64,000 bases of DNA from a virus. Below the pieces are notes generated by a model. The model saw nothing but the letters and a program-made list of their open reading frames with translations, did not search any database and had not been told where the DNA came from. The first letter of the stretch is position 1; each line of letters begins with the position of its first letter. This document shows, one piece after another, positions 29,713-39,564 of the stretch. The position numbers were made by a program, and so were the translations under genes. The stretch spans positions 32,001 to 96,000 of the IMG/VR virus record IMGVR_UViG_3300026521_000527; one strand, given 5' to 3'.

Positions 29713-29775
29713 AAATCCTCCTTAAAATTTTTTAGGAAGGGTCAAAAAAAAGAACAGTTTTTATCACCTTCCTAC

Positions 29776-29793
29776 TATAATTATTTATATACT
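29776..29793 (-). promoter_or_regulatory. Candidate promoter motif AGTATATAAATAATTATA
   Basis: Identical to 1010-1027. Confidence 0.45.
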
Positions 29794-30069
29794 TTATTGA
29801 TTTATTCTAAAATTCTTCCAGTCGAGTAATCTATCAAGATGTTTGATTTTAGAGCGCAGTAATTTATGAATCGCTCTAGATAATGGGTTATTATAATTTT
29901 CGGAAGCTACCTCTATATTGAATTCTTCTTGAAATCTTTTTTCCAGAAGAAGGATATCCTTCTGAACTTTTTCAATCAATGAATCTATAGAAACTCCATG
30001 AAAATCACAATACTCTTGAATATCTAAACCATAAATATCATCGTATGAAAATTCATTTGGTTTACTCAT
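29794..30069 (-). CDS. Hypothetical protein
   Basis: 91 aa, ATGA overlap with the topoisomerase gene. Confidence 0.7.
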   Translation of the reverse strand: MSKPNEFSYDDIYGLDIQEYCDFHGVSIDSLIEKVQKDILLLEKRFQEEFNIEVASENYNNPLSRAIHKLLRSKIKHLDRLLDWKNFRINQ

Positions 30070-31430
30070 ATCAAACCTTTTTCTTTAAGTTCGTCCTGTA
30101 CGAATTCTTTTATTTCAAGCAATTCAGTACAAAATAACTCTACTGGTTTTTGTCGTTTTTTTACTTTTAAAAGCTTTTTAAGTTCAGTGCTTTTTGAACG
30201 AAATTCTTTTATTTTTTCTGGTGTCAAATTCCATATCCGCATATTTAAAAGATAATCGAAAGAACCATCAATCTCAAGAATTTCTTTTTCTTTTAAATCT
30301 TTAATCAAATCTATTTTTTTCTTATTAACTATTATTTCACCAGAATTTACTAAATCAATAAAATGAATTCTATTTTCAAGAATAGTTAATTCTTCTTCAA
30401 TCTTCATAATTTCATAATCAATTCTTTTTTGATACCAAGGGAGTCTTTGAGTCAAAAAGAACTCTAAATATTCTTCGGCTGTCTCAAATGTCATTATTGG
30501 ATCGAAACTGGAGTTTGGGTAAATGAAAGTAAAATTCTCTTGAATTTTATCGCGGAGGCCTAATGTATTTATAATTTCTTCATCAGTTAAACTTTTAGGA
30601 TTCTCAGTAAACCTAATATTGAAAAAGAACTCATTCTCAATACATCTTTCGGTAAATGATTTTATTATTCCCTTTTCTTGAAGCTTCTTTAATTTTTTAA
30701 TATAAGATTCCCTAGTATAATTCGGAGGGATTTCAGTTACTTCAATTGAATTTCTTTTAGCTCTAGTAAAGCAACCGAGTATTTCATAAGAACCATTATT
30801 TTCACCTTTAACTATTGAACCTTTAAAATAAGGAAAGGCTACCTCAATTTCAGACATATTTTGAGTTCTAAGGAACTCGATACTTGAATCTATAATTGAT
30901 AATGGGTGTCTTGGTAAAAAACTACTCGCGAATCCATTCGCAATAGCTGAGTTTCCATTTATAAGCATTATTGGAATTATTGGTAAAAAATGTTCCGGTT
31001 CTATCTCAGCTCCCTCAAAATATTGAGGAGTCAAAAGAGGTTTATCTTCATTTCTAAAAATCAATCTGGCTGCATCACTAAAACGAGTATTGGTATATCT
31101 TGGTCCACCAGCAGTCTTATCAGTCCTTGTCCCAAAGTTACCTTCTTCTGTAAAAATATTTATATTATTGGTAGCAGATCTAGACATACTTTCAGATGTA
31201 TTAAATGCGCTTGCGTCACCATGCCTGTATTTCATTTTATTATATATTAATCCATATGTCTCAGCCGTCTTGAGCTTCCGAGACCTAGGAAGCTCACTAA
31301 GAACTTGAATTAATTTTCTTTGAGTATTCGCTAAGGTATCGAGAGCATGTGGGATTCTCTGAAGAACTTTATAAACTGAATAATTCGTGTAGCGATCTTC
31401 TAAGAAAGCTTTCAAATGATTATTTGACAT
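30066..31430 (-). CDS. Type IIA DNA topoisomerase, cleavage subunit (T4 gp52/GyrA-like)
   Basis: LANTQRKLI, YRHGDAS, GNFGTR...PRYT (catalytic Tyr), PIIPIMLINGNSAIANGF. Confidence 0.95.
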   Translation of the reverse strand: MSNNHLKAFLEDRYTNYSVYKVLQRIPHALDTLANTQRKLIQVLSELPRSRKLKTAETYGLIYNKMKYRHGDASAFNTSESMSRSATNNINIFTEEGNFGTRTDKTAGGPRYTNTRFSDAARLIFRNEDKPLLTPQYFEGAEIEPEHFLPIIPIMLINGNSAIANGFASSFLPRHPLSIIDSSIEFLRTQNMSEIEVAFPYFKGSIVKGENNGSYEILGCFTRAKRNSIEVTEIPPNYTRESYIKKLKKLQEKGIIKSFTERCIENEFFFNIRFTENPKSLTDEEIINTLGLRDKIQENFTFIYPNSSFDPIMTFETAEEYLEFFLTQRLPWYQKRIDYEIMKIEEELTILENRIHFIDLVNSGEIIVNKKKIDLIKDLKEKEILEIDGSFDYLLNMRIWNLTPEKIKEFRSKSTELKKLLKVKKRQKPVELFCTELLEIKEFVQDELKEKGLI

Positions 31431-31450
31431 TTATTATAATCTCCTTATAT

Positions 31451-33343
31451 TTATATTAAATTGATGTCGAAATTATCTATTGCTGAAGAAATTTTTCGTT
31501 TTCTAAAAGCAATGTCATCACTCAACCAACCGATTAATTCAGCTATCTCTTCTTCAGTGTTTTCAGACTCTTTTAAATGCAATGGTTCTAATAATTCATC
31601 AAGAGTGTATCTTTTAAATAACTCTTTCCATTCCAACTTCTCTAGAGTACCAAGTCCTTTTTTATAGTCAAATATCAACCCAGCTTTTTTATTTTTCGCT
31701 TGGAATTCTTCCAGCTCTTGCATAGAGAATATAAAACTATGTATTTTTCCAATGCCAGAATAAACAGTAATTAATGGGGTGATGAATCTAAATACTTTAC
31801 CCTCGTATAAATATTTAGGAAAATATTTATAAATAAACCCGAGCACCAATCCTGCGATATGGTCTCCGTCTACATCCATATCAGTAGCTATAGCTATTGA
31901 ATCGTAAACTAGATTTTCATTATCATTTTTCGATAAATCCAATCCAAGAATTGTCGCCAGTTGTTTTATTTCAGCATTTGATAGAACTTTTTTACTATCT
32001 TTTATAACATTGAGAATTACACCCTTCAATGGGAAGAAACCATTTTCCGAACGTCCTATTCTAGATATAATTGAAGTAATTGCAGTATCTCCTTCAGCTA
32101 TGAATAATCTCTTTGGGTCATCAGTCGCTGGCCAGAATTTTTCAGGGAGATCTTGTTGCTTCGTCGCTTTCTTTAACGCTTTGCTTTCTTCAACAAGCAT
32201 CTTTGCTTTATATAAATCAGTAATTGGATCAATGATATTTTTATTTTTATAGACTCTGTTGATAAATAACAGGAACTTCTTTTTAATTTCTGGAGAATTG
32301 AAATCAAGATATCCTGTTATCTCAGCCTGGGTGTTCGTGAGGAATTCTTTCGTCTGTCCATCAAATTTAGCCCCAGGAAAATTCCTAAAAAAGATTACAC
32401 AAGACAATTTATTTTTTATGTCACCTGGCTTAATAGACTTAAATTTTCTAACTAGTTTTTCACGGAGAGCACCAGTTAATTGACGCACAAGAAATTCTAC
32501 ATGATTTCCACCTTTTTCTAACCATAAGCTATTAACATATGAATGAAATCTAAAATCGTTTGAGTCATTTGGAACACAAGCCATAAAGAAATCATCAGTG
32601 CTAAAAATTTCAAAAGTTTCATTAAATAATCCTATAAATTTTTTAGGATCGTATTTTACAACTCTATTATTAAATTTAAATCTAATCTCGGGATAGAGAA
32701 CACTGAGATTTATTATTCTTTGGTGTATTAGTGAAGTATGTAAATCGTCTATTTCTTTAAGCCCAAACCGTTCTAAATCCGGTTCGAAAAGAACTGCAGT
32801 TCCTTGTGTCTCAGTCTTGAGTTCAGTAATTGATGTTGAACTTAAGTTATCTTTGAACTCAACACGAAGTCTTTTTTCACCATCATCTGTTACACCAATA
32901 AATTTTTTACTGAATACAGTAGTTGCAAAAGATCCAATACCATTCATCCCAGCGGAGACTCTTTTATCATCATCTTCGAAATTTGAACCAGCTCTTGCTT
33001 GTCCCCAAGCTATTTCTGGAAGCCAATGACCACCTTCTTTTTTAACAGGGATCCCGTAACCATTATCTTGGACTTTAACTCTTTTTGGGGTTATATTGAT
33101 ATTAATTTCATTTGCAAATTTGAAGTTACTTTTTATGGCAACATCTATACTATTATCAATAATCTCATTAATAATCTTTACAAGGCCGGGAATGTATAAA
33201 TATTCTGTCCATTGAAAACAGGAACCTTTTAATAAAAAGGATTCCTGTTTAACTGTCTGCAAACTACCAATTATATTATGTCCTCTTATTAATAGCCAAT
33301 CTCTATCCGAGAGAACTTTTATATCATTTGAATTTTTACTCAT
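31451..33343 (-). CDS. Type IIA DNA topoisomerase, ATPase+TOPRIM subunit (T4 gp39+60/GyrB-like)
   Basis: EIIDNSID, DNGYGIP, GMNGIG, FDGQTKE, IAEGDTA, FPLKG, ATDMDVDGDHI. Confidence 0.95.
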   Translation of the reverse strand: MSKNSNDIKVLSDRDWLLIRGHNIIGSLQTVKQESFLLKGSCFQWTEYLYIPGLVKIINEIIDNSIDVAIKSNFKFANEININITPKRVKVQDNGYGIPVKKEGGHWLPEIAWGQARAGSNFEDDDKRVSAGMNGIGSFATTVFSKKFIGVTDDGEKRLRVEFKDNLSSTSITELKTETQGTAVLFEPDLERFGLKEIDDLHTSLIHQRIINLSVLYPEIRFKFNNRVVKYDPKKFIGLFNETFEIFSTDDFFMACVPNDSNDFRFHSYVNSLWLEKGGNHVEFLVRQLTGALREKLVRKFKSIKPGDIKNKLSCVIFFRNFPGAKFDGQTKEFLTNTQAEITGYLDFNSPEIKKKFLLFINRVYKNKNIIDPITDLYKAKMLVEESKALKKATKQQDLPEKFWPATDDPKRLFIAEGDTAITSIISRIGRSENGFFPLKGVILNVIKDSKKVLSNAEIKQLATILGLDLSKNDNENLVYDSIAIATDMDVDGDHIAGLVLGFIYKYFPKYLYEGKVFRFITPLITVYSGIGKIHSFIFSMQELEEFQAKNKKAGLIFDYKKGLGTLEKLEWKELFKRYTLDELLEPLHLKESENTEEEIAELIGWLSDDIAFRKRKISSAIDNFDINLI

Positions 33344-33361
33344 TCTTATCCCTTAAATTAT

Positions 33362-34885
33362 TTAAAGTCCATTGAAAATATCGTCTATTTCTTTTAAAAC
33401 AGTTACACCGTATTCTTTATTTAGGGTTTCTTTAATCTCAATGCGTTTTATTTTTTTTGGTGTCCAATTTAAAATCTTCTCGAAAGCATTTATAATAGAA
33501 ATAATGCCATGAGTATCATCAAATTCATAACCTCTATTTAAATATTTGGTGAGTCTGTATTTTAAAACTCTAGGAATTCTCCGCAATGCTACACTATTTG
33601 AAATTTGATTTAATAAATTATTTATTTTTTTATGAACCAGTTCTTCAGTTAGATCTTTAAATTCTGGATCTTTAAGATATTTTTCATTAAGTCTAAAAAT
33701 AGTTTTAACATCGGATACATATTTTAGAATGAATAATAAGTTACTCATGGTATTATACGATAGAGTTATTTTATTATAATCAAATTCCTCGTACGATTTT
33801 ATAAGCTCCTCAAATATTTTCTCACCACTTACTGAAGGTTGTGTTCTTAATGAAGAAAAATTATCTTTTGATCGAAAGATTTCAATCAGTTTTGGAGTAT
33901 TTAATGACGAATTTATCACGGATGATTTTATAAGCTTATTCATCAAATCATAATTATGAATTACTATAACCTCATTATATCTTCTTTCAAGAGCATCATC
34001 TTCCGAAGAAAGCCTATCAATGGATTCCAATGTTCTTGTATTTTTAAAGTATAAAAAACCTTTCAGAAAAAGAGCATTTACATGTGAAATATTTTTCGTT
34101 TTTGGATTATATACTAACCCGGCACCAAAAAAATCAAAATCAAGCATTATTTTTAAAATATGACTTGCTTTTTGAACTTGATTGATTTCATGCTGAGTAA
34201 AACTATAAAAATCACCAGATTCATTAATCATTGTGGTTATTATATTTAATTTAAAAAATAACGTCTGGATCATAAAAACACCCATAGAAAAAAGGTTGTT
34301 TGAAGAACTTCCCTCTTCATATAAATTATTCAAAGGATTTTGGGTAATTTTCATTCCGGGCTCTTCAAAACCATTATCGAAATTATCTGTCAATCCTAAA
34401 AGACAATCTGCTTTATTTTCTTTAAAATAACTTGATTCTTGAAATACTCTAGAATGATTTTTTAAATATCTTTCTATTAAATATCTCATCAGGTCGTGCT
34501 GGAAAATCATCTTTAAATTAAGAGGAGTTTCGCTTGTAAAAATATCTATATCTGGTGCAAAATCAACAAGATTTGCATTTGAATTGGATGCAAATACAAC
34601 TTTTTTTAGGCTATCAATATCATATAATTTATTGGTCTTTTTCATCCAAACTGAACCACCCACAATTAAACTTCGATTATATGAATTAAGAAAATTATAT
34701 AAAGTAGTATACCTTGATTTATATAATTTTGGAACAGTATCAATATCAAGAATAAACATCTTCGAAAAATTTTCCAGAGGATCTTGATAAAATTCTTCAG
34801 TTACTTCATCAAGTAATATATCTTGTCCCGTCTCGAGAGTAGCATCTACATCAGTTAAATTAACCATTTTTAATTTCTCCATCAT
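33362..34885 (-). CDS. Putative nucleotidyltransferase (Pol-beta/CCA/poly(A)-polymerase superfamily)
   Basis: LIVGGSV...PDIDIF, later MLDFDFFG and RLTKYLNRGYEF. Confidence 0.45.
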   Translation of the reverse strand: MMEKLKMVNLTDVDATLETGQDILLDEVTEEFYQDPLENFSKMFILDIDTVPKLYKSRYTTLYNFLNSYNRSLIVGGSVWMKKTNKLYDIDSLKKVVFASNSNANLVDFAPDIDIFTSETPLNLKMIFQHDLMRYLIERYLKNHSRVFQESSYFKENKADCLLGLTDNFDNGFEEPGMKITQNPLNNLYEEGSSSNNLFSMGVFMIQTLFFKLNIITTMINESGDFYSFTQHEINQVQKASHILKIMLDFDFFGAGLVYNPKTKNISHVNALFLKGFLYFKNTRTLESIDRLSSEDDALERRYNEVIVIHNYDLMNKLIKSSVINSSLNTPKLIEIFRSKDNFSSLRTQPSVSGEKIFEELIKSYEEFDYNKITLSYNTMSNLLFILKYVSDVKTIFRLNEKYLKDPEFKDLTEELVHKKINNLLNQISNSVALRRIPRVLKYRLTKYLNRGYEFDDTHGIISIINAFEKILNWTPKKIKRIEIKETLNKEYGVTVLKEIDDIFNGL

Positions 34886-34886
34886 G

Positions 34887-35135
34887 CTATTGAATTGATT
34901 CGTGATCTAATGTTTTTAATTCAGATTCAAGGCCAATTAAAATTTTATTTAATTCATCGACATCTAGAGTTCCGAATAACTCTTGAATCTGGTCTCTGTA
35001 TGGATTTATCTGCTCTTCGAGAATTATTAATTGCTTTTCAATTTGCTTTTTTTCCTCGAGCAATTTATTTAATTCATCTTTATAATGCTGAGCTTTTTGT
35101 CTAAGCTCGGAATCTGATATACTCTGTTGATTCAT
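34887..35135 (-). CDS. Small coiled-coil protein
   Basis: 82 aa with heptad pattern. Confidence 0.7.
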   Translation of the reverse strand: MNQQSISDSELRQKAQHYKDELNKLLEEKKQIEKQLIILEEQINPYRDQIQELFGTLDVDELNKILIGLESELKTLDHESIQ

Positions 35136-36396
35136 TATATTTTCCTTCCTTTATATCTTTATCAATTTTTGAAATAATTTCAGTACTAACTACTTGGAAT
35201 AATTTTATTCCGTAAATTTTTCCAGCTGTTGTTATTGAATTACCTATAATTGGTGAAGCAAATTGCCAAGTAATTAAACCATAAATACCATAAAGTGAGT
35301 TCAAAGTAACTTTAATTCCCTGCTGCATTGAATTAAATTGAGCTTCTCTTAGTGCAATAAATATTGGTATTTTTTCATGCGCATTTATTTTTTTATTTAT
35401 TTTATGAACTTCAAATTCAATTGTAGTTAGTGAAAAAAGACGTCCCTCTCTGGATTCAGTATCCTCAATCTCATTCAGGATTTGATTAGCCTGCCTTTCA
35501 CTTAAATATAAACCATTCTCTGGGTTTAAAAAGAACTCTTTAGTTTCTTCTGATAGTTTATTATACGCTGATAAAATAGCACCGAGCATTAGACTTCTGT
35601 TTTTAATTATTTTCCTATCATCTAATCCTATTTTAATTAATTCAACATCAAAAGCTAAATTTTCATCATGAAGATCATAAAGCACGCCATAAGGGTTAAC
35701 TATTTTGCGAGAAAATATTTCCCTCATTTCTTTAAGATTTAATTTTTTAAAACTAACTTTAGTTGAATTAAAATTCAGCATAATATAAATATATTTATTG
35801 CGATATTTTTGATCAAAATCATGATTGAAAAAAACATAATCTATTGTCGTTTGATTATATCCTCTATTTTGCGGGCTAACCCAAGTTACCAATTCAAGAA
35901 TTGGATAAAGATAACTTCTAAGTAAAAAATATGAAGTATCATCTTTAGGTTCAAAAATATCTTCTAGAGTTCCTTGGAACTCTAGAAGTTTTCTCAGAAG
36001 TGCTACATAATAATTTGAAGCAAATTCCAACATATCTGCTTTATTCTGTACTGTTTTTCTAGTAAAAAAATCTTTTAATGAACCTATTATAGCATTTGAA
36101 AATCCGGAACATGCTTGGTCAATAATTTCCGGATTATCCTTTTTCTTAGTAAGAACTGTGGCTATTAAATTTAACGTGCGATCAATAATCGCTGGTTCAT
36201 ATATTCTTGCGAATAAAGTATCATACCCAATATTTTGATGCATTAGACTAATTGGATATAGTGCATTAGCATCATTACTACTAACAACCATATCCGGTTC
36301 CAGTCCATAAATTCCAGGCACTGGTTGCTGAACATAAGCACCCTGCACTTTTAGATGCATCGCGAAATTTTTAATTTCTTCAATGGTAAATGCCAT
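35101..36396 (-). CDS. Family B DNA polymerase, middle fragment (motifs A and B)
   Basis: QGAYVQQPVPGIY, VSSNDANALYPIS (motif A), QQGIKVTLNSLYGIYG (motif B), GNSITTAGK; no exonuclease motifs or YGDTDS. Confidence 0.9.
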   Translation of the reverse strand: MAFTIEEIKNFAMHLKVQGAYVQQPVPGIYGLEPDMVVSSNDANALYPISLMHQNIGYDTLFARIYEPAIIDRTLNLIATVLTKKKDNPEIIDQACSGFSNAIIGSLKDFFTRKTVQNKADMLEFASNYYVALLRKLLEFQGTLEDIFEPKDDTSYFLLRSYLYPILELVTWVSPQNRGYNQTTIDYVFFNHDFDQKYRNKYIYIMLNFNSTKVSFKKLNLKEMREIFSRKIVNPYGVLYDLHDENLAFDVELIKIGLDDRKIIKNRSLMLGAILSAYNKLSEETKEFFLNPENGLYLSERQANQILNEIEDTESREGRLFSLTTIEFEVHKINKKINAHEKIPIFIALREAQFNSMQQGIKVTLNSLYGIYGLITWQFASPIIGNSITTAGKIYGIKLFQVVSTEIISKIDKDIKEGKYNESTEYIRFRA

Positions 36397-36416
36397 TTTT
36401 AAAAACCGTTTCTATT

Positions 36417-37262
36417 TTAAAGTTTTTTCATATTTAGATAATATTTTCTCAGATTACCAAGTACTGGGGCAATTGATATATCATTTATATCTGTCGGACA
36501 ATCAATTTTATTAATCATCTTATAAAAATTATTCCTGATAAGGACCGCTTGTTTGACAAGAGTTTTTAATTCAGTAAAGTTATACGCTATACCAACTGCT
36601 TTATAGAACTCTCTGGTCTTTCCTGTCATTCTAATAACATCAATTTTAAATTTATTATCTTTGAATGTAATTCTTACATTTTTAATTAACGATTCTGGTT
36701 TACTACCACCAACTATTTTTTCTTTATAGTTCAATGACACTCTTGGGTTTAATTTAATAATGTCTCCCATAATATCTTCACGATATTCTAGTGCATCTTT
36801 TAGAGCCTTTTTAGCTTCAATTCTATTTCCGTATTCGAATTTAAATAATCTTGAATGGTGTACTCCATCTTTATTTCTTAACATCACTGTCCAATTAGCT
36901 GGACTATTCTCGTCTTTAACATATCTTGTTAAATATATCCCTCTGTAATCATTTTCAGTAATATCAATTCCATGATACATTAAAGCAATCTGTGTTGTTC
37001 CTGGTTTTGTCCCTGATCTCTTTAAAAATTTATACCAAAGATAAGCGTATTCCAATGCTTCCTCTGATGTATCAAAATCACAAACTTTGATAGTTTCATT
37101 AAAAGATTTTGAGTTCTTTGTAACTCTAACCAAGATTGTTTTGAATTCTGAGTCGATATATAAACCTCTTATTTTCGAAAGATCAATGCATGTTAAATTC
37201 AGTTCTCTTTGACTCAATGTTTCGATAAAATTTTGAAGATTGCTTTTTGTATAAGATGTCAT
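36417..37262 (-). CDS. Protein with three tandem AP2-like DNA-binding domains
   Basis: Three units: IRGLYI...EEALEYAYLW; YRGIYL...WTVML...FEYG...ALKDALEYRE; IKNVRI...VKQAVLIRN. No nuclease motif. Confidence 0.5.
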   Translation of the reverse strand: MTSYTKSNLQNFIETLSQRELNLTCIDLSKIRGLYIDSEFKTILVRVTKNSKSFNETIKVCDFDTSEEALEYAYLWYKFLKRSGTKPGTTQIALMYHGIDITENDYRGIYLTRYVKDENSPANWTVMLRNKDGVHHSRLFKFEYGNRIEAKKALKDALEYREDIMGDIIKLNPRVSLNYKEKIVGGSKPESLIKNVRITFKDNKFKIDVIRMTGKTREFYKAVGIAYNFTELKTLVKQAVLIRNNFYKMINKIDCPTDINDISIAPVLGNLRKYYLNMKKL

Positions 37263-37349
37263 TTTATTTCCTTTTGATAATATATTTTGATGTTTTGGTA
37301 TTCAGCGTATTAAAATTATTAAAATTAATGAGAAAATCTGGGCACAGGA

Positions 37350-37385
37350 AATCGGAGTGGTTGGCTTAAGCCAACCACTCCGATT
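37350..37385. repeat. 36-bp perfect palindrome
   Basis: aatcggagtggttggctt|aagccaaccactccgatt, 11 bp after the folE stop. Confidence 0.95.
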
Positions 37386-37396
37386 ATTTAAATTAT

Positions 37397-38407
37397 TTAA
37401 AGGTCTTTTCTAAACTCTTCATCATTATATAGTCCGCCGTATCTCTCAGATGTAAAACAACCATCTTTTGATTTAGCCCCTCTTATGCTTTCACATGTGT
37501 GGACTATATTATTTAAACGAACATAAACATTTTCTGTTCCAGCTGCCTCAGAAACCTTTTTATAAATTTCTTCAGTAAGTTCTTCTTGCAACCAACCTCT
37601 TTGTCCAACCCAATCAACTATTCTTTGTAATTTACTAATTCCAAGAACGTTATCTTCTGGAACATAAGAAATTATTGCATAAGCATCTTCTCTAAATGTT
37701 GATGAAAAAGGAGCAGCATGATGACTACAAACTGCAGTTAAATCAACACGTTTTGTAATTCTATGTTTGATTTTATTATTATTTGGAAATGTTGCCATTC
37801 TTGGAGGTTTGCTCCATCTCCCACTCATTAACTCTCTATCGTCTGTTGTTGATGCACCACACCACATTTTAGCAATTCTTTGGGCAGTTCCAATATTACC
37901 TGTTTCCAAATCGCTCATTACATTTGGATCACTGAGGTCAATTTTCATAGCTCTGAATGATTCCTCAATAAGTTTACCAGTTTTATATCTCATAATAAAA
38001 TGGGCTTCATCTGTCCATTTATAATCTTGCTCAAATATATTTTCATTTATTTTAAAAATAGGAGCCTGCTTATAAGTCTGCAGAGCTTTTGCAAATCCAA
38101 CCACCGTGTTAAATTTGCGATGATATGCCTCAAGTATCTCAAAGAATTCGATAACTTTAGGGTTCGGACTATCTGTTTCATAAAGTTCAATTACTTGATC
38201 TATGATCGGGTTCCCAAACTCAGTGTAATAACCTCTAGGTAAATATAATGTATAGGAATTATTTTTTTTATCGAACTCAATATTTTCCCAAGGTTTATAA
38301 AAATTATTTAATCTAATTTTTACATTATCAGATGATTCTATATGATCTTGGGTACAGATTCTATTTTCCTGTTTTTCAGGAAAATAGATTATTTCAGTAA
38401 CTTCCAT
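37397..38407 (-). CDS. folE: GTP cyclohydrolase I with ~120-aa N-terminal extension
   Basis: TAQRIAKMW, AVCSHHAAPF, YVPEDNVLGISKLQRIV, LQEELT, HTCESIRG. Confidence 0.9.
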   Translation of the reverse strand: MEVTEIIYFPEKQENRICTQDHIESSDNVKIRLNNFYKPWENIEFDKKNNSYTLYLPRGYYTEFGNPIIDQVIELYETDSPNPKVIEFFEILEAYHRKFNTVVGFAKALQTYKQAPIFKINENIFEQDYKWTDEAHFIMRYKTGKLIEESFRAMKIDLSDPNVMSDLETGNIGTAQRIAKMWCGASTTDDRELMSGRWSKPPRMATFPNNNKIKHRITKRVDLTAVCSHHAAPFSSTFREDAYAIISYVPEDNVLGISKLQRIVDWVGQRGWLQEELTEEIYKKVSEAAGTENVYVRLNNIVHTCESIRGAKSKDGCFTSERYGGLYNDEEFRKDL

Positions 38408-38418
38408 TTAAGTTTCCT

Positions 38419-38853
38419 TTACTCTGCTTCTGTTGCTTCTGTTGCTTCTGTTGCTTCTGTTGCTTCTGTTGCTTCTGTTGCTTCTGTTGCTTCTGTTGCT
38501 TCTGTTGCTTCTGTCGCAGCCATTAAAATTTCAATCACACTTTCAAGAACCTGTTTGCCTTCTTCTTCAGTATACTCATCTGGACCTGCAAAATCAAGTG
38601 TGCTTAGATTCTGGTTGTCGTCAAAATTTAATATAATTTCACAAGGGATTTGTGCATCCATGTGTAGTTTAGAAACAACATTGAATACCATAACATCTTT
38701 ATTATCCCTAGTTTCTTTTTGGGCAGCAATTATATAAACACCAGTTTTTTCCATAGCCTCCATTATTTCAGGATTCTCGATAAAAGGTGCAGACCCATCC
38801 ATTTGATAAGAATCCATCTCTACTTTATTTTCAACATTTTCAACATTTTCCAT
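38419..38853 (-). CDS. Acidic hypothetical protein with C-terminal (ATE)10 tract
   Basis: 144 aa; tail encoded by a 9-bp tandem repeat. Confidence 0.75.
   Translation of the reverse strand: MENVENVENKVEMDSYQMDGSAPFIENPEIMEAMEKTGVYIIAAQKETRDNKDVMVFNVVSKLHMDAQIPCEIILNFDDNQNLSTLDFAGPDEYTEEEGKQVLESVIEILMAATEATEATEATEATEATEATEATEATEATEAE
38425..38514. repeat. Tandem repeat (tgcttctgt) x10
   Basis: Counted directly; in frame. Confidence 0.95.
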
Positions 38854-38864
38854 GATAATTCCTT

Positions 38865-39446
38865 TTAATTTAATTGTGCTTCTGGTGCAGTTAACATGCT
38901 ACCAATACCATGATTTCTATAGAAATCAAAATTCATCGTGCCGATAGCCAACACTTTCTGTACTTGTTCCAAATAACTACAAAAAGTTTCGATCTGAAAT
39001 AAAGACTCAATTTCAAATAATGTTTGATTTCCCTTATGTAAAATATTAAAAACTATTTTATCTTTATTAGGAAATCTAATGTATGCTGGTTTTTGATAAC
39101 CAGCATACTCCTCTAATGTACTCGATCCAATTAATATAAATGATGTATTCGAAGCATTTTCAATTATCTCCTTTCTAAGTTTAATTGACTGAATTAATTT
39201 TATAATATTTGCCAAATCCAATTCTATTGTCGGTTCATCTCTAAGATCCCGAGGAATTATATTTGGTGAAGATTGTTTGGAAAATCTCATGATTAGACGA
39301 CCGACTTCATATTGCAATTTAAAATTAATTATAAATTGACAACCCTCATCTGAATGGAATCCTTCAGTTGATCCATAAACTGGAAAATTACCGAAATGAA
39401 GATTACTTTTAAGAGTAATTTTTTGGGAGGTTTTAGATGAAGACAT
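38865..39446 (-). CDS. Hypothetical protein (possible Whirly/PC4-like fold)
   Basis: 193 aa; two beta-beta-beta-alpha-like units (GRLIMRF...IELDLANIIKLI; IVFNI...LFEIESLFQIETF). Confidence 0.6.
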   Translation of the reverse strand: MSSSKTSQKITLKSNLHFGNFPVYGSTEGFHSDEGCQFIINFKLQYEVGRLIMRFSKQSSPNIIPRDLRDEPTIELDLANIIKLIQSIKLRKEIIENASNTSFILIGSSTLEEYAGYQKPAYIRFPNKDKIVFNILHKGNQTLFEIESLFQIETFCSYLEQVQKVLAIGTMNFDFYRNHGIGSMLTAPEAQLN

Positions 39447-39564
39447 AATTTACTTCTTCATATTATTTAAAATCTTTGTCATTAGATGATGCCTGGCATC
39501 CATAAATGGGTTAATATATACCGGCCAGAGATGGGGTGCCAGTACTTTACTTAATTGGATTTTT

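Noticed and set aside
38342-38737. Plus-strand ORFs with (VAS)n and poly-Leu tracts
   Set aside because: Antisense readings of the tgcttctgt tandem repeat.
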